DNA of 30,740 bases, from positions 1-30,740 of the forward strand of contig JBMFIM010000010.1 of the NCBI GenBank assembly GCA_049976305.1, written 5' to 3'. The notes beneath the pieces are model-generated. The model saw nothing but the letters and a program-made list of their open reading frames with translations, did not search any database and was not told where the DNA came from. How positions within the stretch are numbered: the stretch's first letter is position 1; every line of letters begins with the position of its first letter. Both the position numbers and the translations under genes were made by a program. The DNA is from Candidatus Micrarchaeia archaeon (GTDB lineage Archaea; Micrarchaeota; Micrarchaeia; Micrarchaeales; CABMGC01). This document shows positions 1-8,832 of the stretch, in pieces.

Positions 1-2
1 AT

Positions 3-728
3 AAAATATTGGACTCGATGATGGGCGAAGCCGAGAATGAGGTAATAGAAGATTTAATATGGTATCACTTTGGTGGCTATATAAAGAGGAGGACAACTAT
101 TCAACAGCATTTCATAAATATGCTACTTTCTAAAAGGCCAAACCTGATACCACAAGTTATAAACTATGTTAAAAATTCGCACCATCCTGAACTTTTGGAA
201 TTGCAAATGAAAGCAACGAAAGAAATTCCGGTGGTTTACGTAAATAGAGAGGTTATAATAGCTTCTGTAGCTGAGCAAATATTTGAGACTGGCGAAACAC
301 AAAGCGTTATAGAGTTACTTGAATATCTTTACTCTAACGATAGAGCGTTGCTTCATTCTATACTTCCAAAAATAAGTTATGAATTGGCTTACAAGTACTT
401 AGAACATAAATTAAGCGACGAAAGTGAAAAAGAAATTCTCGAAAAGCTGTTTGATATTGTCTTAAAGGATGAAAATCTGAACGCAGTTCTAACGTCAAAA
501 TACTATAACGACACCGTTGCAGAATCCCTAGTATATGCCGCCAATAGGTTAAAGTATACAGAGCCTATATTCGAGCTTATAAGACGTGCCGATAAGGCAT
601 CATTTTGGGCGATTCATAAAGCTGTGGAAGCACTAGGGGAATCGGAAACTTCTGAGATTTCTAATATCCAAGAAGCCTTGCGAGCTAAGGAAAAAGAAAT
701 ATTTTTAGGAAAATCACTAAGAGAGTAA
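3..728 (+). CDS. Hypothetical alpha-helical protein, probably 5'-truncated by the window edge
   Basis: Frame is open from base 3 to TAA at 726-728. Leu/Ile/Glu/Lys-rich helical composition. Visibly more AT-rich than neighbouring genes. No recognised motif. Confidence 0.7.
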   Translation, partial: KILDSMMGEAENEVIEDLIWYHFGGYIKRRTTIQQHFINMLLSKRPNLIPQVINYVKNSHHPELLELQMKATKEIPVVYVNREVIIASVAEQIFETGETQSVIELLEYLYSNDRALLHSILPKISYELAYKYLEHKLSDESEKEILEKLFDIVLKDENLNAVLTSKYYNDTVAESLVYAANRLKYTEPIFELIRRADKASFWAIHKAVEALGESETSEISNIQEALRAKEKEIFLGKSLRE

Positions 729-736
729 ATACACTA

Positions 737-1864
737 TTACGTTAGCCTAGGTTTAAGGCTTTGCAGGTTTGTTTCATCACGCTTCAGAAGCTCGTCCACG
801 TGCCTTTCTATTTGCCTAAGAAGTCCAATGCCGTAGAAGACGTAAGGCGTGAAGCCCTCTATCATGTTTGCTCCTGCTTTGAAGGTCTCATAGGCATCGT
901 TGCCGTCAAATATGCCGCCTGTGGCTACGATAATCGCATCCTCAAACCGCTGCCTTGCCTCTTTTACAGCCTTTAGCCTATACTTTTTCAAAGGCAGGCC
1001 GCTAATGCCCGCAGAATTGTAGCCCCAGCTAAGTGCAGGAACCTCGTTTCTCGGCACTTGTTTTGTATTTACCAACACAGTACCATCGCCGCCGTTGTCT
1101 ATGAATGAACGGAGTAACTGCATGAAGCTTTCCCTTTCTTCGCTTTCATACGGCCACATCTTCACAAGCCTAATTTTGTCGCCTGCACGCTTCCTGAGCA
1201 ACTTTGCAGTTTCAGCGAAAACATCTTTGTTCCTCAGTTGCTTAAGGCTTTCTGTATTTGGCGACGCAGGATTCCATACAAAGCCCTCAACCAATCCATT
1301 GAGCTCTTTTACTATGACCTCAAGTTCTTCGAATGCGTTATCTAAATTCGGGATCGGAAGCCCGCAGATGTTTGCAAACACAGGTTTTTTGCCCCCAAGG
1401 TCCCTGTAAGCTTGTAAGTTTGCTTTGAATGCCGCTAGGCCGCCGCTTGGAAAGCCTTGTGCATTGAAGGCAGCAAGCCTTGAAGGATCTGCGAACACAC
1501 GAGGCTTTGGATTGCCAGTTCTAGGACCCAGCGTTACTGTGCCTGGCTCCAAAAAGCCGAAGAAATATGATAGTGGCAGAAGGGCGGAAGCATCTTTGTC
1601 AAAGCCTGCCGCTATGCCAAATGGCGTTAGCCTTATGTTTCTTATGCTAATTTCAAGCCTGGGTGTTGGCCTGTACAGCTTTTCAAAAGGTTTAAGTAAT
1701 TGCGATTCAGACCTTAGCAGCTCTAGCATCGCGTTGTGTACTGCTTCTGCGTCTTTGAACTTGCGATAAAGCATCGGCCTGGTTTTTTCTATGAAAACAT
1801 CTGGAGAAGCCGTGCCCAAAACAAGCAGCATTTTTTCGTTTGCGGAAAGGCGGTAGCTTAACAT
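737..1864 (-). CDS. pyrD: Dihydroorotate dehydrogenase, class 2 (quinone)-like
   Basis: Motifs GIAAGFDKD, EPGTVT, GNPKPRVF, NPASPNT (catalytic Ser), VNT, GISG, ATGGI. Divergent from carAB. Confidence 0.92.
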   Translation of the reverse strand: MLSYRLSANEKMLLVLGTASPDVFIEKTRPMLYRKFKDAEAVHNAMLELLRSESQLLKPFEKLYRPTPRLEISIRNIRLTPFGIAAGFDKDASALLPLSYFFGFLEPGTVTLGPRTGNPKPRVFADPSRLAAFNAQGFPSGGLAAFKANLQAYRDLGGKKPVFANICGLPIPNLDNAFEELEVIVKELNGLVEGFVWNPASPNTESLKQLRNKDVFAETAKLLRKRAGDKIRLVKMWPYESEERESFMQLLRSFIDNGGDGTVLVNTKQVPRNEVPALSWGYNSAGISGLPLKKYRLKAVKEARQRFEDAIIVATGGIFDGNDAYETFKAGANMIEGFTPYVFYGIGLLRQIERHVDELLKRDETNLQSLKPRLT

Positions 1865-1880
1865 TAAAGACTTTTGCTAA

Positions 1881-1895
1881 GAAAATGTTTTTAAG
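1881..1895. promoter_or_regulatory. BRE/TATA element GAAAATG-TTTTTAAG, possibly bidirectional
   Basis: Box 1888-1895 lies 24 nt from the pyrD ATG (1864, minus strand) and 23 nt from an ATG at 1918 (plus strand). Other promoters here show the same 22-25 nt TATA-to-ATG spacing. Confidence 0.55.
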
Positions 1896-1917
1896 CTTAA
1901 TCAAAGAAAAATGATTA

Positions 1918-2034
1918 ATGTTTGATTTGTGGGAAATTTTCGAGCACGAGAATAAATTGGGCATCTCTTTCTCTCTTTCCGTTTCTAATGTTTTTGCATG
2001 TGCTGCTCCTATGCATATTTTTGGATGGTGTTAA
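1918..2034 (+). CDS. Putative 38-aa leader peptide (uORF) of carAB: MFDLWEIFEHENKLGISFSLSVSNVFACAAPMHIFGWC
   Basis: Translated by hand; below the ORF-track cutoff. ATG is at leaderless spacing from the TATA box. TAA 2032-2034 is 1 nt before the carA ATG. Confidence 0.4.
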   Translation: MFDLWEIFEHENKLGISFSLSVSNVFACAAPMHIFGWC

Positions 2035-2035
2035 A

Positions 2036-3115
2036 ATGAGTTCAGACGAAATTGGGCTTTATCTCGAGGATGGACTGCAGGTAAAAGGAACTGCATTTGG
2101 GGCTAAGAAGGTTGCAAAGGGAGAGCTTGTTTTCTCCACAGTAATGAACGGCTATCCCGAAGCTCTTACAGACCCTTCTTACAAGGGTCAAATACTCGTG
2201 CTCACACAACCTCATATCGGAAACTACGGCGTGCCTAAACCGCATAAGGAGCATGGCATACTTACGAATTTTGAATCGGAGCACATAATGGTGGAGGGTC
2301 TTGTAATAAGCCAGCTTACCTTCGGCAGCAAGTGGAATTCGGCGATGACACTAGATAAGTGGTTAAAGAAAGAGGGCGTGCCAGGCATATTCGGGGTAGA
2401 TACAAGGATGCTTGTCAAAAGGATCAGGGATAGCGGTAGCATGAATGCAGTGCTCGGTGATGTGGACAAAGAAGAGTTAGAGTTCGAGGACTATACAAAA
2501 ATAAACTTTGTAGAGCAGGTTAGTACAAAGCGGCCTATAATCTACCAAAACAAAAACAAAAGGAAACGCATAGTAGTGGTTGATTTCGGAATAAAACATG
2601 GCATACTCACCGAGCTTTACAGACTTGGATACACACTTATACGCGTCCCTTACTCCTATACCGCAGACAAGATAATGAAGTATGAACCAGCAGGCATAGT
2701 ATTGAGCAACGGGCCAGGGAATCCAATGTTGCTAGATGCACAGACAAAGACCTTCTCAGACCTGCTTGAATATAAAGTGCCGATGCTTGGCATATGCCTT
2801 GGTCATCAAATAGCAATGCATGCTCTTGGTTATAGAATAAGGAAGATGAAGTTCGGCCATAGAGCAATAAACAAAGCAGTTGTTGACATGCACGATGGCA
2901 GGGCATACATTACTACGCACAACCACGGCTATGCAGTCTATGCATTAGACATGCCGAAAAATGAGATTTGGTTTATAGACCCTGATGACAAAACAGTAGA
3001 AGGGGCTTACTATCCAGACAAAAGGCTCATGACTACTCAGTTTCATCCAGAATCAAGGCCTGGTACAAACGATACTAAGTTTGTGTTTGCTATGTTCAAG
3101 AAATGGGTTGGCTGA
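2036..3115 (+). CDS. carA: Carbamoyl-phosphate synthase small (glutaminase) subunit
   Basis: GYPEALTDPSYKGQI, PHIGNYG, GVDTRML, SNGPGNP, GICLGHQ (catalytic Cys), QFHPE. Start moved to ATG 2036, which follows a GGATGGTG SD-like site. Confidence 0.97.
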   Translation: MSSDEIGLYLEDGLQVKGTAFGAKKVAKGELVFSTVMNGYPEALTDPSYKGQILVLTQPHIGNYGVPKPHKEHGILTNFESEHIMVEGLVISQLTFGSKWNSAMTLDKWLKKEGVPGIFGVDTRMLVKRIRDSGSMNAVLGDVDKEELEFEDYTKINFVEQVSTKRPIIYQNKNKRKRIVVVDFGIKHGILTELYRLGYTLIRVPYSYTADKIMKYEPAGIVLSNGPGNPMLLDAQTKTFSDLLEYKVPMLGICLGHQIAMHALGYRIRKMKFGHRAINKAVVDMHDGRAYITTHNHGYAVYALDMPKNEIWFIDPDDKTVEGAYYPDKRLMTTQFHPESRPGTNDTKFVFAMFKKWVG

Positions 3116-3116
3116 G

Positions 3117-6100
3117 ATGGAGAAGCCTAAGAAGATACTTGTGTTGGGCTCAGGCGCCATAAAGATAGCCGAAGCTGCAGAGTTTGACTATAGCGGCAGC
3201 CAAGCTTTGAAGGCCTTCAGAGAAGAAGGCATAAAGACTGTGCTTGTCAATCCTAACATAGCTACTGTGCAGACAAGCCATGTAAGCGCAGACAGGGTCT
3301 ATCTGCTTCCCATAACAAAGGATTTCGTAGAGAAGGTGATAGAGCAGGAAAGGCCTGACGCAATAGCCCTCGGCTTTGGAGGCCAAAGCGCACTCAGCAC
3401 AGGTGTAGAGCTTTACAAAAGCGGTATTCTTCAGCGCTATAATGTCAGAGTGATAGGAACCGGCGTAGATGCGATAGAGAGGGCACTTAGCCGAGAGAAG
3501 TTCAGGGAAACAATGCTAAGGGCAGGGGTGCCGATACCTAGGAGTATGTCTGCCAGAACAGAGGAAGAGGCTATTTCCGCTGCAGAACGAATAGGGTTCC
3601 CTATAATGATAAGGGTAAGCTTTAACCTTGGCGGCAGGGGCTCGACAGTAGCCAGGAACATGCAGGAGCTTAAGGCCTGGCTTAAGAAAGCTTTTGCCCA
3701 GACAAGCGTTCATGAAATTTTGCTTGAGGAGTATTTGGAAGGCTGGAAAGAGATCGAGTACGAGGTAGTTCGCGATTCTTTTGATAACGTAGCTGTAGTG
3801 GCGTGTTTGGAAAAGCTTGACCCAATGGGCGTTCACACCGGAGAAGGAACTGTGGTAACACCAGCCCAAACCTTGGACAATTTTGAATACCAGAGCATGA
3901 GGAGCGCAGCGATACAAGTGGCCAGGGCGGTTGGCATTGTGGGCGAATGTAATGTTCAATTTGCACTTGATACTAAAAGTCATAGGTTTTATGCCATAGA
4001 AACAAACCCAAGAATGTCCAGATCAAGCGCCTTAGCCAGCAAAGCAACGGGCTATCCTTTGGCATATGTGAGCGCAAAGCTTGCCTTAGGCTATAGGCTT
4101 TATGAAATACAAAACAGCGTTTCAAAAGCAACTACTGCATTTTTCGAGCCAAGCTTGGATTACATAGTTGTCAAAATACCAAGATGGGACTTCGCCAAAT
4201 TTGAGGATGTAAAGGAGGAGATAGGTACTGAAATGAGGAGCATAGGAGAAGTTATGGGTATAGGCAGAAACTTCGAGGAAGCATTCCAGAAGGCTATACG
4301 CATGCTTGACATAGGAGAGCTTGGCATTGTGAACGGCAGAGTCTACAAAGCTCGCATGAACAAACAGGAGATTGAGGAGGCGCTAAGGTCGAGAAGGCCG
4401 TACTGGTTCCTTTATGCTGCAAAGGCCTTTAAAGAAGGCTTTTCTGTAGAACAAGTGGAGAGGCTAACGCATGTAGATCCCTATTTCCTCAACAAGATCA
4501 AGCAGCTTGTAGAAATGTTTGAGGAAGGCAAGAAGGATGGCTTTAAAAATTATGAACTGCTAAAGCGATACGGCTTCAGTGACGATGAACTTGGAATTGG
4601 GAGGAGGGCAAGCAAGATAGTGGTCAAGCAGATAGACACTCTTGCAGGGGAATGGCCTGCAAAAGCAAATTACTTGTATACCACACACGATGGCAGCGAA
4701 GACGACTTAGAGTTTAACAAAGGCAAGCATAAGCTTCTTGTCCTTGGCGCTGGAGGCTTCAGGATTGGGGTAAGTGTTGAATTTGACTGGAGCGTTGTTT
4801 CGCTGGTAAATGCCGCAAGGAAGTATTTTGACGAGGTTGATGTGCTCAACTACAATCCCGAAACTGTATCGACTGATTGGGATGTTTCAGAAAAGCTTTA
4901 TTTTGATGAGGTAAATGCAGAGACAGTAAGCGGGATTGCGAAAAAAGAGGGCATAAAGGAGGTAGCAATCTTTGGCGCAGGGCAGATAGGCAACAACATT
5001 GCGATAGCATTGAAGAAGGCAGGATTGAGGCTTATAGGAACAGATGCAAGGTCTATAGATATCGCAGAAGAGAGAAGCAAGTTTTCAAAGCTTCTTGCAG
5101 ATCTTGGCATAAAGCAGCCGGAATGGGCTGTGGCAAGGAACAAGAAGGAGGTTGAGGAGTTCGTAGAAAGAAGTGGCTTTCCTGTCCTAATAAGGCCCAG
5201 CTATGTTCTGAGCGGTACAAGAATGAGAATAGCAAATAGCCAGGAGGAGCTTGAAAGATACCTACGCGATGTGCGAAGCAACCACAAAGGCCATTCTGTG
5301 GTAGTTTCTAAGTTCATAAAAGACAGCACAGAGGCCGAGCTTGACTGTGCAAGCGATGGCAAAAGCATTATCGGGGTTACGATGAGGCACATAGAAGAGG
5401 CGGGGGTGCATAGTGGCGACGCAACCATTGTCACTCCTTTCGAATCTAATGATACTGAAAAAATGCAAGATATAGCGCTCGACCTTGCAAAGGCTTTGCG
5501 TATAAAAGGAGCTTTCAACCTGCAGTTTGTCGTAAGCAAAGGGGAGCCATATGTGATAGAGCTCAACCTGCGCGCGAGTAGGTCGATGCCTTTTTCAAGC
5601 AAGTCTGTTGGCATAAACCTGATAGAGTACGCAATGAAAGGCATATACCAGAGTTTTGGCTGGACTGGATTCTACGAGCCTGAGCACAAGAGCTTTGCTG
5701 TTAAATCCCCACAATTCTCATGGTCGCAGCTCAGAGGGGCTTATCCTTACCTTAGCCCTGAAATGAAAAGCACAGGGGAGGTTGCAGCTTTTGGCGATTC
5801 CCTGCACGATGCGCTTGTGAAGAGCTGGCTTGCTGCAACGCCAAACAAAATACCTAAAAAGGGCGTGCTAGTCTACGGCCTTTCGAATGTGCAAAGCCTT
5901 TCGGCAGCGGTAGAAAACCTGAAGCAGTATGCAGAGGTTTACACATTAGCTAATGCGAAGATAAGCGGTGCAAAAGAGCTTAGCATGGAGAATGCAATAG
6001 GCATGCTTAAATCTGGAGGCATAGACTTGCTTGTTACGGACAACTATATGAAGGAGACAGACTACGAAATAAGGAGGCTTGCTGCAGACCTCAACATACC

Positions 6101-6224
6101 CCTTATCCTCAACGGAAGGCTCGGGCAGGAAGTCTCCGCCTCTTTCTCTAGGCTTTCAGAAGGCCTAACCTTCAAAGAAATGCGCGAATATCTCTTTGGT
6201 TTGCAAAAATATGACAAAGATTAG
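3117..6224 (+). CDS. carB: Carbamoyl-phosphate synthase large subunit
   Basis: AEFDYSGSQA, NPNIAT, DPMGVHTG, ETNPRMSRSSALASKATGYP, NYNPETVSTD, RPSYVLSG, AGVHSGDA, NLRASRS, EMKSTGEV. ATG 3117 is 1 nt after the carA stop. Confidence 0.98.
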   Translation: MEKPKKILVLGSGAIKIAEAAEFDYSGSQALKAFREEGIKTVLVNPNIATVQTSHVSADRVYLLPITKDFVEKVIEQERPDAIALGFGGQSALSTGVELYKSGILQRYNVRVIGTGVDAIERALSREKFRETMLRAGVPIPRSMSARTEEEAISAAERIGFPIMIRVSFNLGGRGSTVARNMQELKAWLKKAFAQTSVHEILLEEYLEGWKEIEYEVVRDSFDNVAVVACLEKLDPMGVHTGEGTVVTPAQTLDNFEYQSMRSAAIQVARAVGIVGECNVQFALDTKSHRFYAIETNPRMSRSSALASKATGYPLAYVSAKLALGYRLYEIQNSVSKATTAFFEPSLDYIVVKIPRWDFAKFEDVKEEIGTEMRSIGEVMGIGRNFEEAFQKAIRMLDIGELGIVNGRVYKARMNKQEIEEALRSRRPYWFLYAAKAFKEGFSVEQVERLTHVDPYFLNKIKQLVEMFEEGKKDGFKNYELLKRYGFSDDELGIGRRASKIVVKQIDTLAGEWPAKANYLYTTHDGSEDDLEFNKGKHKLLVLGAGGFRIGVSVEFDWSVVSLVNAARKYFDEVDVLNYNPETVSTDWDVSEKLYFDEVNAETVSGIAKKEGIKEVAIFGAGQIGNNIAIALKKAGLRLIGTDARSIDIAEERSKFSKLLADLGIKQPEWAVARNKKEVEEFVERSGFPVLIRPSYVLSGTRMRIANSQEELERYLRDVRSNHKGHSVVVSKFIKDSTEAELDCASDGKSIIGVTMRHIEEAGVHSGDATIVTPFESNDTEKMQDIALDLAKALRIKGAFNLQFVVSKGEPYVIELNLRASRSMPFSSKSVGINLIEYAMKGIYQSFGWTGFYEPEHKSFAVKSPQFSWSQLRGAYPYLSPEMKSTGEVAAFGDSLHDALVKSWLAATPNKIPKKGVLVYGLSNVQSLSAAVENLKQYAEVYTLANAKISGAKELSMENAIGMLKSGGIDLLVTDNYMKETDYEIRRLAADLNIPLILNGRLGQEVSASFSRLSEGLTFKEMREYLFGLQKYDKD

Positions 6225-6490
6225 TAGTGTGCGTAGTACGCATTTCGGAGAGAATTAAAGCCTTAAATCAATACAAATAGAGGAAAAATCAAATAATTTT
6301 TGCAGGTGAAAGAATGGGGAATGCTCCGAAGTACATAAAAAGTATATGCCAGCTATGCTTTTAGTAGACAAATTAGAAAACTTCGCATTTGTCCATAGAA
6401 AGTGAACCTTGCTTTCTTGGTGTCTATATTTTAGGCTGTTCATCTAGAGTTTTTGCAAAAGTATAAAAGGTTGAAGCTGCTATCTAAATC

Positions 6491-7090
6491 ATGGCTTCTG
6501 CGGGCAAGGCGCTGCTAGGGGGCATAATACTTGGGATCATAATAGTTATAGCGCTAGAGACGCTTGTTGCCCTTGCTTTTCTGAGCAGCCAAGGAGTCAA
6601 GAATCCTTTTCAATTCGTGAAATCGGTGCTAAGCTCCATTCCTCAGCTTTCCAGCTTGAACCTGTCCGCGATAAAGGGAATAAACATAACAAGCCTAAAA
6701 AATCTAGCAAACATAACTAAGCAAACATCGCAAAAGAGCTACATAAACGTTAGCGAAGTAGTTATTGTAGCAAGGCTTAACGTGAATGAATCGAAGAAAA
6801 ACGCTAGCATGTTGGGCCTTCTTACATACAAGCAAGCAGGCAATGGGTTTGTATCCCGAACAGGCAGCGTATCGAACTACACCTTCTCAATTCCTGACGA
6901 TACCCAATTCCCTATGAATATAATAAGCGTTGAGGCAGCAACCCCTGGGTTTGAAGTGGCATATGTATTTCCAAAGCTGCCGCATGAAATAAGCCCCGGA
7001 GGCATTGGGAACTTTACAGCAATTATCAAAATGCCAAGCACGGGCTACAGCGGCAATTTGCTTTTGAATGTATCTGCAAACGTGGGCTAG
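6491..7090 (+). CDS. Hypothetical membrane-anchored/secreted protein
   Basis: N-terminal hydrophobic helix, many N-x-S/T sequons, beta-rich C-terminus. TATAAAAG box at 6462-6469. Confidence 0.75.
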   Translation: MASAGKALLGGIILGIIIVIALETLVALAFLSSQGVKNPFQFVKSVLSSIPQLSSLNLSAIKGINITSLKNLANITKQTSQKSYINVSEVVIVARLNVNESKKNASMLGLLTYKQAGNGFVSRTGSVSNYTFSIPDDTQFPMNIISVEAATPGFEVAYVFPKLPHEISPGGIGNFTAIIKMPSTGYSGNLLLNVSANVG

Positions 7091-7096
7091 CTTTGC

Positions 7097-8779
7097 TCAG
7101 AAGGCCAGCGTGTTTGACCTGCTTGCTGTTTCCTTGCCAATAATCTCTGCCAGCTCCTCTGCTTTCATCTCCTTCTGCTTGCCACTTCTGCTTCTTACAG
7201 TAATGCTCTTTTTCTCTGCCTCTTTTTCGCCGACCACTACAATGTATGGCACTTTTTGGCTTATTGCCTGCCTGACCTTGTAGTCTATGGTCCTATCGCT
7301 CAAATCAGCTTCAACCCTTACGCCCTTTTTCTTGAGCTCCTTGTAAACTGTTTCTGCATAGGCATTGGATTTTTCAGAAACCGAAACCACTATTACCTGC
7401 ACGGGCGCTAGCCAAGTCGGAAACTTTCCTTGGTAATGCTCTACAAGCACTCCTATAAACCTCTCCAAAGTGCCATAGATCGCCCTGTGTATCACCACCG
7501 GCGTTTGTTGCCTGCCATCCTTGTCAGTATAGGTCAGCTTGAACCTTAAAGGCATTTGGTAGTCTAGCTGTATTGTAGCGCATTGCCAGGCCCTGCCCTG
7601 CGAGTCGTAAACGTCAAAGTCTATCTTCGGGCCGTAGAACGCGCCTTCCTTCTCCTTTATCTCATAATCCATATGGTTGTTCGCCAGTGCAGCTTTGAGT
7701 GCGTTTGTAGCCCTTTCCCACAGCTTCTCATCGCCCATATGGTTGTCTGGCATTGTTGATAGCTTTGCCTTGTACTTCATTCCAAATGTGGAATAGACTT
7801 CGTTAACCATTTTGAGCAATGCAGTTATCTCGCTTTCTATCTGATCCTCTCTTGCAAATATGTGGCCGTCATCTTGCGTGAACTCTTTGACTCTGAAAAG
7901 GCCTGTCGCAACGCCGCTTAGCTCGCTCCTATGCACTTTGTCGAAGATTGCGGTCCTGAACGGCAATTCCCTGTAGCTCCATTTTCTGGTCATGTATATT
8001 AGCATTGTAGAAGGGCAGTTCATGGGCTTGAGGCCCACAGTCCCGATGCTCGAGTCGAAGATGAACATATCGTTGCGATAATGCTCGAGATGGCCGCTGA
8101 CCTCCCAAAGGGCTATATTTGCAAGCTCAGGCGTGCTTATCTCCTCATATCCATACTCTGCTTCCTTCTCCCTCATAAACTCCACAAGCTGCCTAAATAT
8201 TAGGAAGCCCTTAGGATGCCAGTAAACCATGCCAGGCGAGACTTCCTGGAAGCTGTATAGATCAAGCTTCTCCCCTATTATCCTATGATCAGTCTCTGGC
8301 AAGCCAGACCAGTCACTCTTCCTTACTATTGAGGTGTCAATTTTCTGGCTTTTCTTGACTTCTCTCCTCTGCTTTCCATAGCTTCTTGACTGCTCTGCCA
8401 ATGGGTAACCTTTTATGCTAACGCTAAGCTGCTTGTTCCATCCAAATGGTGCTGCAAAGACCTCCAGGCCTTTTCCTTCTGCCAGCTCCCTCATTTTCTT
8501 GAATAGGGCATAAGATTCTTCTGGAGAGGCAAGATCGCTGCTTAGATGGGCAAAAGGATAAAGCACAAGTCTGCCAATCTTCTGTTTCTTTGCAAAATTT
8601 ATGGCATCATCTATTGCCTGCTTGGCCTCTGCCTCTGTATCACCCTTTTCAACACACACAAACAATGCAAGTGCATTCTCAACCGCTTGCCTTTTCTTGT
8701 CGCTTTCTTCGTAGACCTTCGATTCCGGCTTAACGAGCGCGTATTCTATCTTATCGACATCTAGCTGTAGAACCCTCAT
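7097..8779 (-). CDS. thrS: Threonine--tRNA ligase with archaeal-type editing domain and bacterial-type catalytic core
   Basis: N-terminal YPFAHLSS / APFGWNK / PLAE. Core DHRIIG, KPMNCP, FTQDDGHIF, GAFYGPKIDF, IHRAIYGTLERF, PTWLAPVQ. C-terminal anticodon-binding domain. Confidence 0.97.
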   Translation of the reverse strand: MRVLQLDVDKIEYALVKPESKVYEESDKKRQAVENALALFVCVEKGDTEAEAKQAIDDAINFAKKQKIGRLVLYPFAHLSSDLASPEESYALFKKMRELAEGKGLEVFAAPFGWNKQLSVSIKGYPLAEQSRSYGKQRREVKKSQKIDTSIVRKSDWSGLPETDHRIIGEKLDLYSFQEVSPGMVYWHPKGFLIFRQLVEFMREKEAEYGYEEISTPELANIALWEVSGHLEHYRNDMFIFDSSIGTVGLKPMNCPSTMLIYMTRKWSYRELPFRTAIFDKVHRSELSGVATGLFRVKEFTQDDGHIFAREDQIESEITALLKMVNEVYSTFGMKYKAKLSTMPDNHMGDEKLWERATNALKAALANNHMDYEIKEKEGAFYGPKIDFDVYDSQGRAWQCATIQLDYQMPLRFKLTYTDKDGRQQTPVVIHRAIYGTLERFIGVLVEHYQGKFPTWLAPVQVIVVSVSEKSNAYAETVYKELKKKGVRVEADLSDRTIDYKVRQAISQKVPYIVVVGEKEAEKKSITVRSRSGKQKEMKAEELAEIIGKETASRSNTLAF

Positions 8780-8832
8780 GCAAAAGCCTAGTTAGGAATG
8801 TGCATTAAACATTAAAAATTGTTTTGTGCAGC

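Noticed and set aside
1922..2035. 38-aa N-terminal extension of CarA from TTG 1922 (ORF track)
   Set aside because: CarA homology starts at ATG 2036, which has an SD; the extension looks non-homologous.
6255..6443. 62-aa minus-strand ORF in the carB downstream gap
   Set aside because: No SD, motif or protein-like composition.
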